DNA of 64,000 bases from a virus. Under the pieces are notes generated by a model, which saw only the letters and a list, made by a program, of their open reading frames with translations, ran no database searches and was not told the DNA's origin. Each line of letters begins with the position of its first letter. Positions within the stretch are counted from its first letter, which is position 1. The DNA lies in the IMG/VR virus record IMGVR_UViG_3300032053_000017, positions 1-64,000 of that record; one strand, 5' to 3'. Both the position numbers and the translations under genes were made by a program. This document shows positions 56,324-63,650 of this stretch, in pieces.

Positions 56324-56464
56324 ATGACAGGTCTGTGTGGCAGGTGTAATCATCCGGCCATCATGAAGATGACGGACAGCAATGCTACGGTCAAGGTCTG
56401 CGCGTACCACTGGCACGTGTTGTCTGGGCAAGGCTGGAAGCAGGTTTACCCGAAGGGGCGGTAG
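56324..56464 (+). CDS. 46-aa CxxC...CxxH mini Zn-finger protein
   Basis: MTGLCGRC...VCAYH; GAGG RBS; below the ORF-track cutoff. Confidence 0.45.
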   Translation: MTGLCGRCNHPAIMKMTDSNATVKVCAYHWHVLSGQGWKQVYPKGR

Positions 56465-56529
56465 CTCAGCGGCAGAGCGCCCGGCTGTCGACCGGGAGGT
56501 CGCGGGTTCGATGCCCGTCCGCCCCGCCA
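56455..56529 (+). tRNA. tRNA-Asp(GTC)
   Basis: Cloverleaf, CCA. Confidence 0.92.
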
Positions 56530-56532
56530 TAC

Positions 56533-56622
56533 TGGGGAGTGGCCGAGTCTGGATTATGGCGACCGTCTCGAAAACGGTTGGTCCGAGAGGGCACGGGGGT
56601 TCGAATCCCTCCTCCCCAGCCA
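56533..56622 (+). tRNA. tRNA-Ser(CGA)
   Basis: Cloverleaf, long V arm, CCA. Confidence 0.9.
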
Positions 56623-56632
56623 TATTAACAAT

Positions 56633-56709
56633 GCTGGAGTAGCTCAAGTGGGGAGAGCGGCTGTCTTGTAAACAGCGGGTTGGGGGTTCGAGGCCCTCCT
56701 CCAGCTCCA
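56633..56709 (+). tRNA. tRNA-Thr(TGT)
   Basis: Cloverleaf, CCA. Confidence 0.92.
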
Positions 56710-56718
56710 TAATAGCGG

Positions 56719-56794
56719 TGCGGGGTAGAGCAATGGTTAGCTCGACGGCCTCATAAGCCGTAGATTGAGGGTTCGAATCCCTCCCCCGCTACCA
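56719..56794 (+). tRNA. tRNA-Met(CAT), 1:72 mismatch (initiator-like)
   Basis: Cloverleaf, CCA. Confidence 0.88.
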
Positions 56795-56807
56795 AATAAT
56801 AATCAGC

Positions 56808-56884
56808 GCCGAGGTAGCTCAGCATGGTAGAGCGCCTGGTTGAAGGCCAGGGCGTCAGCGGTTCAACTCCGTTCCTCGGCACCA
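56808..56884 (+). tRNA. tRNA-Phe(GAA)
   Basis: Cloverleaf, CCA. Confidence 0.92.
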
Positions 56885-56886
56885 CA

Positions 56887-56963
56887 CGCGGGGTAGAGCG
56901 TTGGTCGCTCGCCAGCTTCATACGCTGGAGGTAGTTGGGTTCGATTCCCTTCCCCCGCTACCA
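56887..56963 (+). tRNA. tRNA-Met(CAT), 1:72 mismatch
   Basis: Cloverleaf with a weak T stem, CCA. Confidence 0.8.
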
Positions 56964-56964
56964 T

Positions 56965-57033
56965 GGGGTCGGTAGCTCAGTGGTCAGAGCGCGGTCGCAC
57001 CGAGGACGCGGGTTCGAATCCCGCCCCTCCCCA
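56965..57033 (+). ncRNA. tRNA-like RNA lacking an anticodon loop
   Basis: Intact D arm and GCGGG-TTCGAAT-CCCGC T arm; anticodon arm reduced to CGGT-cgc-ACCG. Confidence 0.7.
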
Positions 57034-57046
57034 TTTTAACAAGCAA

Positions 57047-57125
57047 GGGCCCGTAGCTCAGTTGGAATCAGAGCGCCGGTCTTCGAAACCGGGCGGCGGG
57101 GGTTCGAGTCCCTCCGGGCCCGCCA
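57047..57125 (+). tRNA. tRNA-Arg(TCG)
   Basis: Cloverleaf, CCA. Confidence 0.92.
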
Positions 57126-57143
57126 TTAAACATAGGTGAATCT

Positions 57144-57557
57144 GTGCATAGGAAAGGAAACCCGAATCATCCCGCAATGTGCCAGTGTCCTTGGCACGGT
57201 GGATGTCGAAAGCCAGCGACGTTGGCTAAGACGGGCGTTCATTTGCGGCGTGGTAACGGGCATCATCGCATCGATTGCCTATGTCCGTTTTGTATTCCGA
57301 AGTCTGGCGATAAGAGCCCTACGTGGAAAGGCGGACAAGGGAAGTTTCAGTGGGAATGTAATGGATGGAAGGCCGCACGGCGGGTGGTCTGGGCGCGGGA
57401 TAAAGTGTGCCGTATATGCGGCGGGCCGCCTCGGAAGCGGCGGTTGGATGTTCATCATATCATCGCTCGACGCGATGGCGGGACTAACGATCCGAGCAAT
57501 CTGATCGGGGTTCATCAGGGCCGATGTCACAAGTCGGTCGAGACGTACAAAAACTGA
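57144..57557 (+). CDS. HNH endonuclease
   Basis: RD..CRICG, VHHII.R.DGG.N...NL...CH. Confidence 0.85.
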   Translation: MHRKGNPNHPAMCQCPWHGGCRKPATLAKTGVHLRRGNGHHRIDCLCPFCIPKSGDKSPTWKGGQGKFQWECNGWKAARRVVWARDKVCRICGGPPRKRRLDVHHIIARRDGGTNDPSNLIGVHQGRCHKSVETYKN

Positions 57558-57559
57558 AT

Positions 57560-57635
57560 AGGGGCGTAGCTCAATTGGAAGAGTGCCTGTTTTACAAGCA
57601 GGAAGTTGGGGGTTCGATTCCCTCCGCCCTTACCA
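57560..57635 (+). tRNA. tRNA-Val(TAC)
   Basis: Cloverleaf, CCA. Confidence 0.92.
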
Positions 57636-57782
57636 GATATCGCAGGGGCTGGCAAGTCCTGGCTCTCACCAGGCACCGGGTGCCTACGTATAAGGCGTCA
57701 GCCCCTATCATGGGACATTTCGGTGGACATTTTGTCTGTCGAGTAGGTTCGAATCAGATAGGGACACAACACGGGACATTAT

Positions 57783-57857
57783 GGGCTGGTAGCTTAATGG
57801 GAGAGCGGGTGCCCTGCAAGCATTCAGATGTCGGTTCGAGTCCGACCCGGTCCACCA
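57783..57857 (+). tRNA. tRNA-Ala(TGC)
   Basis: G3:U70 pair, CCA; C33. Confidence 0.9.
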
Positions 57858-57870
57858 CCTTAACAAATGT

Positions 57871-57947
57871 GGCTCTCTAGCCCAACTGGTAGAGGCATCT
57901 GCCTTAGAAGCAGATCAGTCAGAGTTCGAATCTCTGGGGAGCCACCA
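57871..57947 (+). tRNA. tRNA-Leu(TAG), short V arm
   Basis: Cloverleaf, CCA. Confidence 0.85.
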
Positions 57948-57950
57948 TAA

Positions 57951-58026
57951 GCGACGGTAACTCAATTGGTAGAGTGTCTGCCCTCCAAGCAGGTCGTTGC
58001 GGGTTCGAGTCCCGCTCGTCGCTCCA
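57951..58026 (+). tRNA. tRNA-Gly(TCC)
   Basis: Cloverleaf, U73, CCA; C33. Confidence 0.9.
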
Positions 58027-58028
58027 AC

Positions 58029-58103
58029 GCGGGGGTAGCTCAGCGGCAGAGCGCCTGCTTGCCATGCAGGAGGTCGTGGGTTCGAGCCCCATTCCCCGCT
58101 CCA
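58029..58103 (+). tRNA. tRNA-Gly(GCC)
   Basis: Cloverleaf, CCA. Confidence 0.92.
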
Positions 58104-58104
58104 G

Positions 58105-58179
58105 AGGCGGGTAGCTCAGGGGTAGAGCAACGGCCTTATAAGCCGTACGTCGAAGGTCCGATTCCTTCCCCGCCCACCA
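58105..58179 (+). tRNA. tRNA-Ile(TAT)
   Basis: Cloverleaf, T-loop TCCGATT, CCA. Confidence 0.82.
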
Positions 58180-58180
58180 T

Positions 58181-58256
58181 GGGCCGGTAGCTCAGAGGAT
58201 AGAGCGGCAGTTTCCTAAACTGCGCGGCGCGGGTTCGAGTCCCGCTCGGCCTTCCA
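58181..58256 (+). tRNA. tRNA-Arg(CCT)
   Basis: Cloverleaf, CCA. Confidence 0.92.
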
Positions 58257-58257
58257 T

Positions 58258-58333
58258 AGACGGGTAGCTCAACAGGCAGAGCAGGAGTCTGATACGCCCC
58301 AGGTTGGAGGTTCGAGTCCTCCCCCGTCTACCA
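58258..58333 (+). tRNA. tRNA-Ile(GAT)
   Basis: Cloverleaf, CCA. Confidence 0.88.
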
Positions 58334-58334
58334 C

Positions 58335-58409
58335 ACCAGGGTGGCGCAACGGTAGCGCGGCTCCCTGTTAAGGAGACGGTTGCAGGTCCGAATCCTGCCC
58401 CTGGTGCCA
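58335..58409 (+). tRNA. tRNA-Asn(GTT)
   Basis: Cloverleaf, T-loop TCCGAAT, CCA. Confidence 0.88.
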
Positions 58410-58410
58410 T

Positions 58411-58484
58411 GGCCCACTCGTTTAACGGCAGGACATCTCCCCCTCAAGGAGAAGACGTCGGTTCGACCCCGGCGTGGGCTACCA
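58411..58484 (+). tRNA. tRNA-Glu(CTC)
   Basis: Cloverleaf, CCA; C33. Confidence 0.88.
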
Positions 58485-58540
58485 TTCCTTAATAAATAAC
58501 GGTCATAACTGTAAGAATAGTCGGCCATAGCTTTACAATC

Positions 58541-58616
58541 GGCGGCGTAGCCCAATTGGCAGAGGTACCGGGTCCAAACCCCGGGGATCAGAGTTCGAAT
58601 CTCTGCGTCGCCACCA
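58541..58616 (+). tRNA. tRNA-Leu(CAA), short V arm
   Basis: Cloverleaf, CCA; C33. Confidence 0.82.
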
Positions 58617-58618
58617 AT

Positions 58619-58694
58619 GGGAGTGTAGCTCAACGGCTAGAGCAGCTGCCTTTTAAGCAGAGGGATGGGGGTTCGAGTCCCTTCGCTCCCACCA
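58619..58694 (+). tRNA. tRNA-Lys(TTT)
   Basis: Cloverleaf, CCA. Confidence 0.92.
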
Positions 58695-58701
58695 TAATGA
58701 T

Positions 58702-58777
58702 ACGGACGTAGCTCAGAGGCCAGAGCGGTTGTCTCCAAAACAACTGGTCGGAGGTTCGACTCCTCTCGTCCGTGCCA
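58702..58777 (+). tRNA. tRNA-Trp(CCA)
   Basis: Cloverleaf, CCA. Confidence 0.92.
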
Positions 58778-58778
58778 A

Positions 58779-58856
58779 GGGGGCGTAGCTCAGTTTGGTT
58801 AGAGCGGCGGACTCTTAATCCGCGCGGCGGGGGTTCGAATCCCTCCGCCCCTACCA
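58779..58856 (+). tRNA. tRNA-Lys(CTT)
   Basis: Cloverleaf, CCA. Confidence 0.92.
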
Positions 58857-58859
58857 TAT

Positions 58860-58935
58860 CAGCGCGGTAGTGTAAGTGGCAGCACGAGAGGTTGTGGCCC
58901 TCTTAGAGTGGGTTCGAATCCCACCCCGCTGACCA
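58860..58935 (+). tRNA. tRNA-His(GTG), irregular acceptor stem
   Basis: D, anticodon and T arms intact; bulged acceptor, A73. Confidence 0.78.
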
Positions 58936-58954
58936 TCATTCAGGTATTCTATAC

Positions 58955-59028
58955 TCGGGGGTAGGCTAGCGGTAGACCGCCTGACTCTGGATCAGGAAAG
59001 AGAGGTTCGAATCCTCTTCCCCGAGCCA
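58955..59028 (+). tRNA. tRNA-Gln(CTG)
   Basis: Cloverleaf, CCA. Confidence 0.9.
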
Positions 59029-59038
59029 AGGAGATGAT

Positions 59039-59410
59039 ATGTGCGATGGTTGCGTATTCCATAACGGGCGCAGAGACCACAAGCCGGGGTGTCGATGTCC
59101 CTGGCATAGTGGGCATTCCGAACGCGCATTGAAGAATAATCCGCGGCATGCCCGTCCGCTCGCGGAGTTACTTGTGGAGAACGGCCAGGCGGGTAAGGCT
59201 CAGCGCATAAAGGCTAGGCTTCTCAAGGAGGGGCTTATCAAGGACCGCTGTGAGATATGTGGACTTGGGCCGGAGTGGCAGGGTCAGCAACTGGTGCTGC
59301 CGTTGGATCATCGCAATGGCAATAGGCGGGACTGGCGATTGGAGAATCTTCGGGTCCTCTGTCCCAACTGTCATACGCAGACGGCTACATTTTCTGGGCG
59401 TAAACTATGA
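59039..59410 (+). CDS. HNH endonuclease
   Basis: CEICG, LDHRNGNRRD..LENLRVLCPNCH. Confidence 0.88.
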   Translation: MCDGCVFHNGRRDHKPGCRCPWHSGHSERALKNNPRHARPLAELLVENGQAGKAQRIKARLLKEGLIKDRCEICGLGPEWQGQQLVLPLDHRNGNRRDWRLENLRVLCPNCHTQTATFSGRKL

Positions 59411-59579
59411 GCTGTACGCCGGGATACAACAAGCGGGAGCGGGCGCTGCTTTTCGCGCTTCGCCATCTGATAGGTAAGAACCACCCGCTCGACCCTGAAA
59501 GGTGCGAGGGATGCATGGAGATTGCCGGGTTCCTCACTATACCAGGGTATGAGTCGGTAAACAAGCAGGATGTCCATTG

Positions 59580-59909
59580 ATGGTGCAGGTAGTACACTGC
59601 AAGCGTGAACGATACGATGTCTATATCGGTCGGCCGTCAAAGTGGGGCAACCCGTTTGTGATCGGACCAGATGGCGACCGCGGTGAGGTCATAGCGAAGT
59701 ACCGCGCATATCTGCTGGCCAGTCCGGGGCTTATGGCCGCCCTGCCGGAGCTGCGGGGAAAGGTGCTGGGGTGCTGGTGCAAGCCAGCCGCATGCCACGG
59801 GGACGTACTGGCGGAGCTGGTGGATTCTGAGCTCTGGACATTTGGCCAGCTTGATGAGCTTGATCGCATCATCGCGGAGGGCGAAGGTCGCGATGAAGGC
59901 GTGCTGTAG
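59580..59909 (+). CDS. DUF4326 family protein
   Basis: YDVYIGRPSKWGNPF...LRGKVLGCWCKP..CHGDVL. Confidence 0.85.
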   Translation: MVQVVHCKRERYDVYIGRPSKWGNPFVIGPDGDRGEVIAKYRAYLLASPGLMAALPELRGKVLGCWCKPAACHGDVLAELVDSELWTFGQLDELDRIIAEGEGRDEGVL

Positions 59910-59910
59910 T

Positions 59911-59988
59911 CGGGGTGTAGCTCAGTTAGGTCAGAGCACGCGGCCTGGGACCGCGGGGTCGGGAGTTCGAATCTCTCCGCCCCGACCA
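59911..59988 (+). tRNA. tRNA-Pro(TGG)
   Basis: Cloverleaf, CCA; C33. Confidence 0.9.
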
Positions 59989-60006
59989 TAACAAGGGTAT
60001 TCTATA

Positions 60007-60103
60007 TTGGAGGGGAATTGCTCTATTTGAGGAGGGCTAGCCAGTGAGGCGGGACTGCTCATTCGCCGGTGAGACACCCGGTCTAGAGGTTCCGCCCCTC
60101 CAA
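60007..60103 (+). ncRNA. Candidate ~100-nt structured RNA
   Basis: 5'/3' closing helix TTGGAGGGG..CTCTA / TAGAG..CCCCTCCAA with two inner hairpins; lies between tRNAs. Confidence 0.45.
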
Positions 60104-60111
60104 ATGATAAT

Positions 60112-60203
60112 GGGCCGGTGGCCGAGTCTGGCTGAAGGCGGCGGATTGTAGACCCGCTCTTCCTAACGGGGGCACGGAGGTTCGAATCCTTCCCGGCCCA
60201 CCA
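60112..60203 (+). tRNA. tRNA-Tyr(GTA)
   Basis: Cloverleaf, long V arm, CCA. Confidence 0.9.
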
Positions 60204-60238
60204 ACATCTTTGACCGAACTGTGTTACAATAAGGAGAG

Positions 60239-60532
60239 ATGAAGATGAAACTGTATAGAGACGGACATACCTGGGTAGCTGAGAACATCGGCGAGACGCT
60301 GGGTAACCTCATCGCGTTCAGCGGCGACCTGAAGCTCGTGCTGCTTGAGTTGAACTTCGGTCTGCAACTGTTCGGATTTGGGTTTGACGGTTGGTTCAGC
60401 GCAAGCAAGTTCTACGGTCAGGCGGGTGGTGGGATAAGCCTCTTTACGCCAGCTGCTGGGTTCACCGTGGAAGGTGGGGTGAAGTGGACAGGGGAACTTG
60501 AGCGTCTGGACAGGCGCTCGGGTTGCATATAG
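60239..60532 (+). CDS. Gly/aromatic beta-rich protein (paralogue A)
   Basis: AAGGAG RBS; alternating beta-strand pattern. Confidence 0.55.
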   Translation: MKMKLYRDGHTWVAENIGETLGNLIAFSGDLKLVLLELNFGLQLFGFGFDGWFSASKFYGQAGGGISLFTPAAGFTVEGGVKWTGELERLDRRSGCI

Positions 60533-60548
60533 CGAGGAGAAGGATAGC

Positions 60549-60911
60549 ATGAGCATCAAGCCGTATGTATCTGTCGGTTCGTCTATAGCCAAGAGCGTTG
60601 GTGAGGCGCTGAAGAGGATCCCGGTCTTTGACCTGCAGGCGTACGCCACCCTTTCCGATGGGTTCGAGCTCGGCATTGGGCTCACGATAGCCGGCTTCTC
60701 GCTGGCGGTAGCGCTCAGTGCAGACAATGGGTTCGGCGACCTGAGCATCCAAGCTGGGTTCGAGACGCCCGCGTTCGGCGCAGACGTCATCATAGGACTA
60801 GCTTGGCCGGGTACCCTCCAGCGGCAGTTCGAAGCTGATGTACGCGCGGCGCTGACGACCCTAGCGACTGGTGACGCTGCCGGCGACGTTGCTGAGGTAG
60901 ACCCGAAGTAG
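60549..60911 (+). CDS. Gly/aromatic beta-rich protein (paralogue B)
   Basis: GAGGAG/AAGGA RBS; aligns to paralogue A. Confidence 0.55.
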   Translation: MSIKPYVSVGSSIAKSVGEALKRIPVFDLQAYATLSDGFELGIGLTIAGFSLAVALSADNGFGDLSIQAGFETPAFGADVIIGLAWPGTLQRQFEADVRAALTTLATGDAAGDVAEVDPK

Positions 60912-61069
60912 CGGCGGGGTGGATAACGCAGAACTGGTTCACTGGATGCTCATAGGAGCCATCGGTCTTGTGGTAGGAACCGTCTGTGGCGGTGCCACAG
61001 CGAGTGTTCTCATCTTCTGGCTGATGATCAAACAGGGGTTCTTCAAGAAGGGTTGGCTTGACTGATAGC

Positions 61070-61579
61070 ATGATCCACAAAATAGTCATAGAGAAGAACA
61101 GAAGGCGGCCGGTCCTGCACGAGGTCTGCCGCGCGGTGCTGCCAGACGATGTGGACTGGCCGAAGATCCAGAAACTGGCGGACGACCTCGCTGACACGCT
61201 TGAGGCGAATCCCGATGCTGTTGGCCTCGCGGCCCCACAGGTCGGGGTCCCAGTGCGCGTCATCGCGGTACGGACCGGCAAGACGCAGATCACCGTGTTG
61301 GTGAACCCAGAGGTGGAGGTCGAGCGCGGGTGGAGGATGATTGAGGAGGGCTGTCTGTCGCTTCCGAAGCGTACGTTCCTTGTGCAGCGTTCACAGACTG
61401 TGTGCGTGCGCGCTCTCAAGGCATCCGATGGCACTTCGGTGAAGCTGACGGCGCGGGGCAACGCGCTAGCTCAAGCGCTTCAGCACGAGATAGACCACTT
61501 GAACGGGGTGCTTTTGACCGAGCGGGGTAAGGAGCGCCTGCCAGGTGTCCAGAAGATCATCGACCCCTGGGCGAAGTGA
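61070..61579 (+). CDS. def: Peptide deformylase
   Basis: VGLAAPQVG, EGCLS, QHEIDHLNG. Confidence 0.93.
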   Translation: MIHKIVIEKNRRRPVLHEVCRAVLPDDVDWPKIQKLADDLADTLEANPDAVGLAAPQVGVPVRVIAVRTGKTQITVLVNPEVEVERGWRMIEEGCLSLPKRTFLVQRSQTVCVRALKASDGTSVKLTARGNALAQALQHEIDHLNGVLLTERGKERLPGVQKIIDPWAK

Positions 61580-61873
61580 TGTCGAAGCGTGGGAGCAGAA
61601 AACGTCATTCCCTACCGCGGCCGACCAAGTCCCGCAGGGGAAGCAGGAAGGCCAACGCCAGGCGGTACAAGCGGCTGGGGTAAAGGTTCTGGCTAAGGTG
61701 CCGATAATAGAGGTAGGAGGCGTAGATCATGGGTACTCTGGTAAACATCGTCGTTATACTTTTGCTCGCGTGGCTTGGCGTGATTGTGCTCTTAGGCTTG
61801 ACAGCCGTATTTTGTACAGTATTTGCGGCGGTCACATACCTGCTACGGTCGTCCAGATAGGAGGCTAGCGGCC

Positions 61874-62209
61874 ATGACTATGAAATACCGGGGCAGGAAC
61901 GGGCACACGGTCGAGAAGCTCGTGTATGGCTGCTGGGAGCCACTCCCATTGGCGCCGAGTCTTAAGATCAGAAACCATTCTCCGACGGGGTTCAGCTGGG
62001 GCTACCTTGGCAGTGGTCCGGCACAGCTCGCGCTGGCGCTGCTGCTGGACGCGATGGACGCACAGACCGTCGATGAGATCGCCGACATCACCAGTGAGTA
62101 CCAGAACTTCAAGACGAAGTTTGTGGCCAGGTGGCACACAGATGGCGAGTGGGAGATCGACGCCATGACGATCCGTGACTGGCTGTTTGAGAAGGGAAAC
62201 CCACTGTGA
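61874..62209 (+). CDS. DUF6166-like protein
   Basis: NHSPTGFSWGY.GSGPAQLALALL..YQ.FK. Confidence 0.7.
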   Translation: MTMKYRGRNGHTVEKLVYGCWEPLPLAPSLKIRNHSPTGFSWGYLGSGPAQLALALLLDAMDAQTVDEIADITSEYQNFKTKFVARWHTDGEWEIDAMTIRDWLFEKGNPL

Positions 62210-62598
62210 GAGCTGAGAGCGCGGTATTCTATCTGTCGGGCGGCTTCTATGGCGACTGGCAGACGCGGCTCCAGAAGGAGTGCGCCGGCCTCAAAGCATT
62301 CAACCCTGAGACAGCCGTCGGTGGAGATGCTCTCTATATGTTCGTAGCTGCTGACCTCGATGCGATCGATGTGGTCGACGGGGTTATCGCGCGTTGGGAC
62401 ACCTACCCGTACGTCGAGGGGACGATGGCCGAGATAGGTTACGCCGTGGCACGGGGCAAGCCTGTGCTCCTTATCTTAGACGGTGTGACTATTCCGAACC
62501 CCTTCATCCTTGGCCTGGCGCGACGGGTCTTTGTAGGTATGGATGCGTTCATCACCTGGTGGAACGACCGGGTGAAAAAGGGAACTCCGATAGCTTAG
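62206..62598 (+). CDS. Nucleoside 2-deoxyribosyltransferase family protein (second copy)
   Basis: FYLSGG, FNP, DL.AID..D, GTMAEIGYAVARGKPV. Confidence 0.82.
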   Translation: MRAESAVFYLSGGFYGDWQTRLQKECAGLKAFNPETAVGGDALYMFVAADLDAIDVVDGVIARWDTYPYVEGTMAEIGYAVARGKPVLLILDGVTIPNPFILGLARRVFVGMDAFITWWNDRVKKGTPIA

Positions 62599-62618
62599 CT
62601 AGGTGAAAGGACGGTACA

Positions 62619-63650
62619 ATGGGTAAGTGGTTTAAGGTAGCTATAGTAGGACTCATAGCGGCAGCGGCTGTCGTGCTGGCCTCCGCGGTGTACACGCCGG
62701 CATCGGCAGTTGGTGTTGGTGGTGGCGGCGGCGGCGGCGGCGGCAAGACGCACACGCCGACAGCGACGGCGACGGCAACATCTACGCCTCAGACGTACCA
62801 AGTCATTGAGGCGAAGGCGCTGACCGAGCACGAGTGCGACTGCCACGAGTGGCACTTCGTCATCAACAAGGTCAAGGAAGGCCCGCAGGGCGACAGGTAC
62901 AAGTATGTTCCGTCGCACATCCACGTAACTTGGGCCAATGGCGATACTGAGCGTGTGGACGTGGACGAGAAGTATGCGGACGGCAATTGGAGGGTTGGGC
63001 ACTACACCGTGGACCATAACCTCAACTTCACGGTTACCAGCGCTACGGCCGAGATATATGGGGAGTGGGACGGGCAGTTCAACCTCAGTCATGGTCCGTG
63101 TCCTCCGTCAACTAAGACGCCGACTCCGACGCTTACACCAACGGCGACTGCGACGACGGTTCCGACGGATACTCCGACGGCGACTCCGACGGACACGGCT
63201 ACGCCTGAGCCGACGGCAACGGATACCCCGGAACCTACGGCAACAGAGGTCCCGCCGACGGATACCGCGGTGCCCACGGCGACGCTGACCCCGACCCCGG
63301 AGGATACGGATACTCCTGTCCCGACGGACACGGCTACCCCGCTTCCGACGGATACGGCGACGGCGACCCCTTGGCATCGTGAGCACACTCCAACGCCTGA
63401 GGCGACCTCTACAGTTGCTCCGGAGCCTACAGCTACAGCGACGATACCTCAGGCGCGTCTTGAGCCTCTGGTCCCGCCGGCGCCGCCTGCGGTTGTACTA
63501 CCTAGCGCTGGAGAAGGTTTGGAGAAGACTGACGTTCCGCTGGGGCTCGCGATTGGCGTGGCGGTATGTCTCGTCATCATGTCCGGGTTCATCACCGTTA
63601 TCGTGGCGTGTTGCGTTCGTGGCGCAAGGTGGTTGAGGAGGGACAGTTGA
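62619..63650 (+). CDS. Secreted Pro/Thr-rich surface protein with an LPxAG sortase-like anchor
   Basis: Signal peptide, PTATPTDT repeats, LPSAG + TM helix + basic tail. Confidence 0.7.
   Translation: MGKWFKVAIVGLIAAAAVVLASAVYTPASAVGVGGGGGGGGGKTHTPTATATATSTPQTYQVIEAKALTEHECDCHEWHFVINKVKEGPQGDRYKYVPSHIHVTWANGDTERVDVDEKYADGNWRVGHYTVDHNLNFTVTSATAEIYGEWDGQFNLSHGPCPPSTKTPTPTLTPTATATTVPTDTPTATPTDTATPEPTATDTPEPTATEVPPTDTAVPTATLTPTPEDTDTPVPTDTATPLPTDTATATPWHREHTPTPEATSTVAPEPTATATIPQARLEPLVPPAPPAVVLPSAGEGLEKTDVPLGLAIGVAVCLVIMSGFITVIVACCVRGARWLRRDS

Noticed and set aside
56107-60203. Stop-codon reassignment or suppressor tRNA
   Set aside because: No CTA, TTA or TCA anticodon was found, and genes read intact in the standard code with all three stop codons used.
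60480-60551. Programmed frameshift joining the 60239 and 60498 ORFs
   Set aside because: The second ORF has its own RBS and ATG at 60549 and is a full paralogue of the first, so two genes is the simpler explanation.
62710-63450. GGC and ACG-rich repeats as a non-coding repeat array
   Set aside because: Explained by poly-Gly and Pro/Thr coding in the surface protein.
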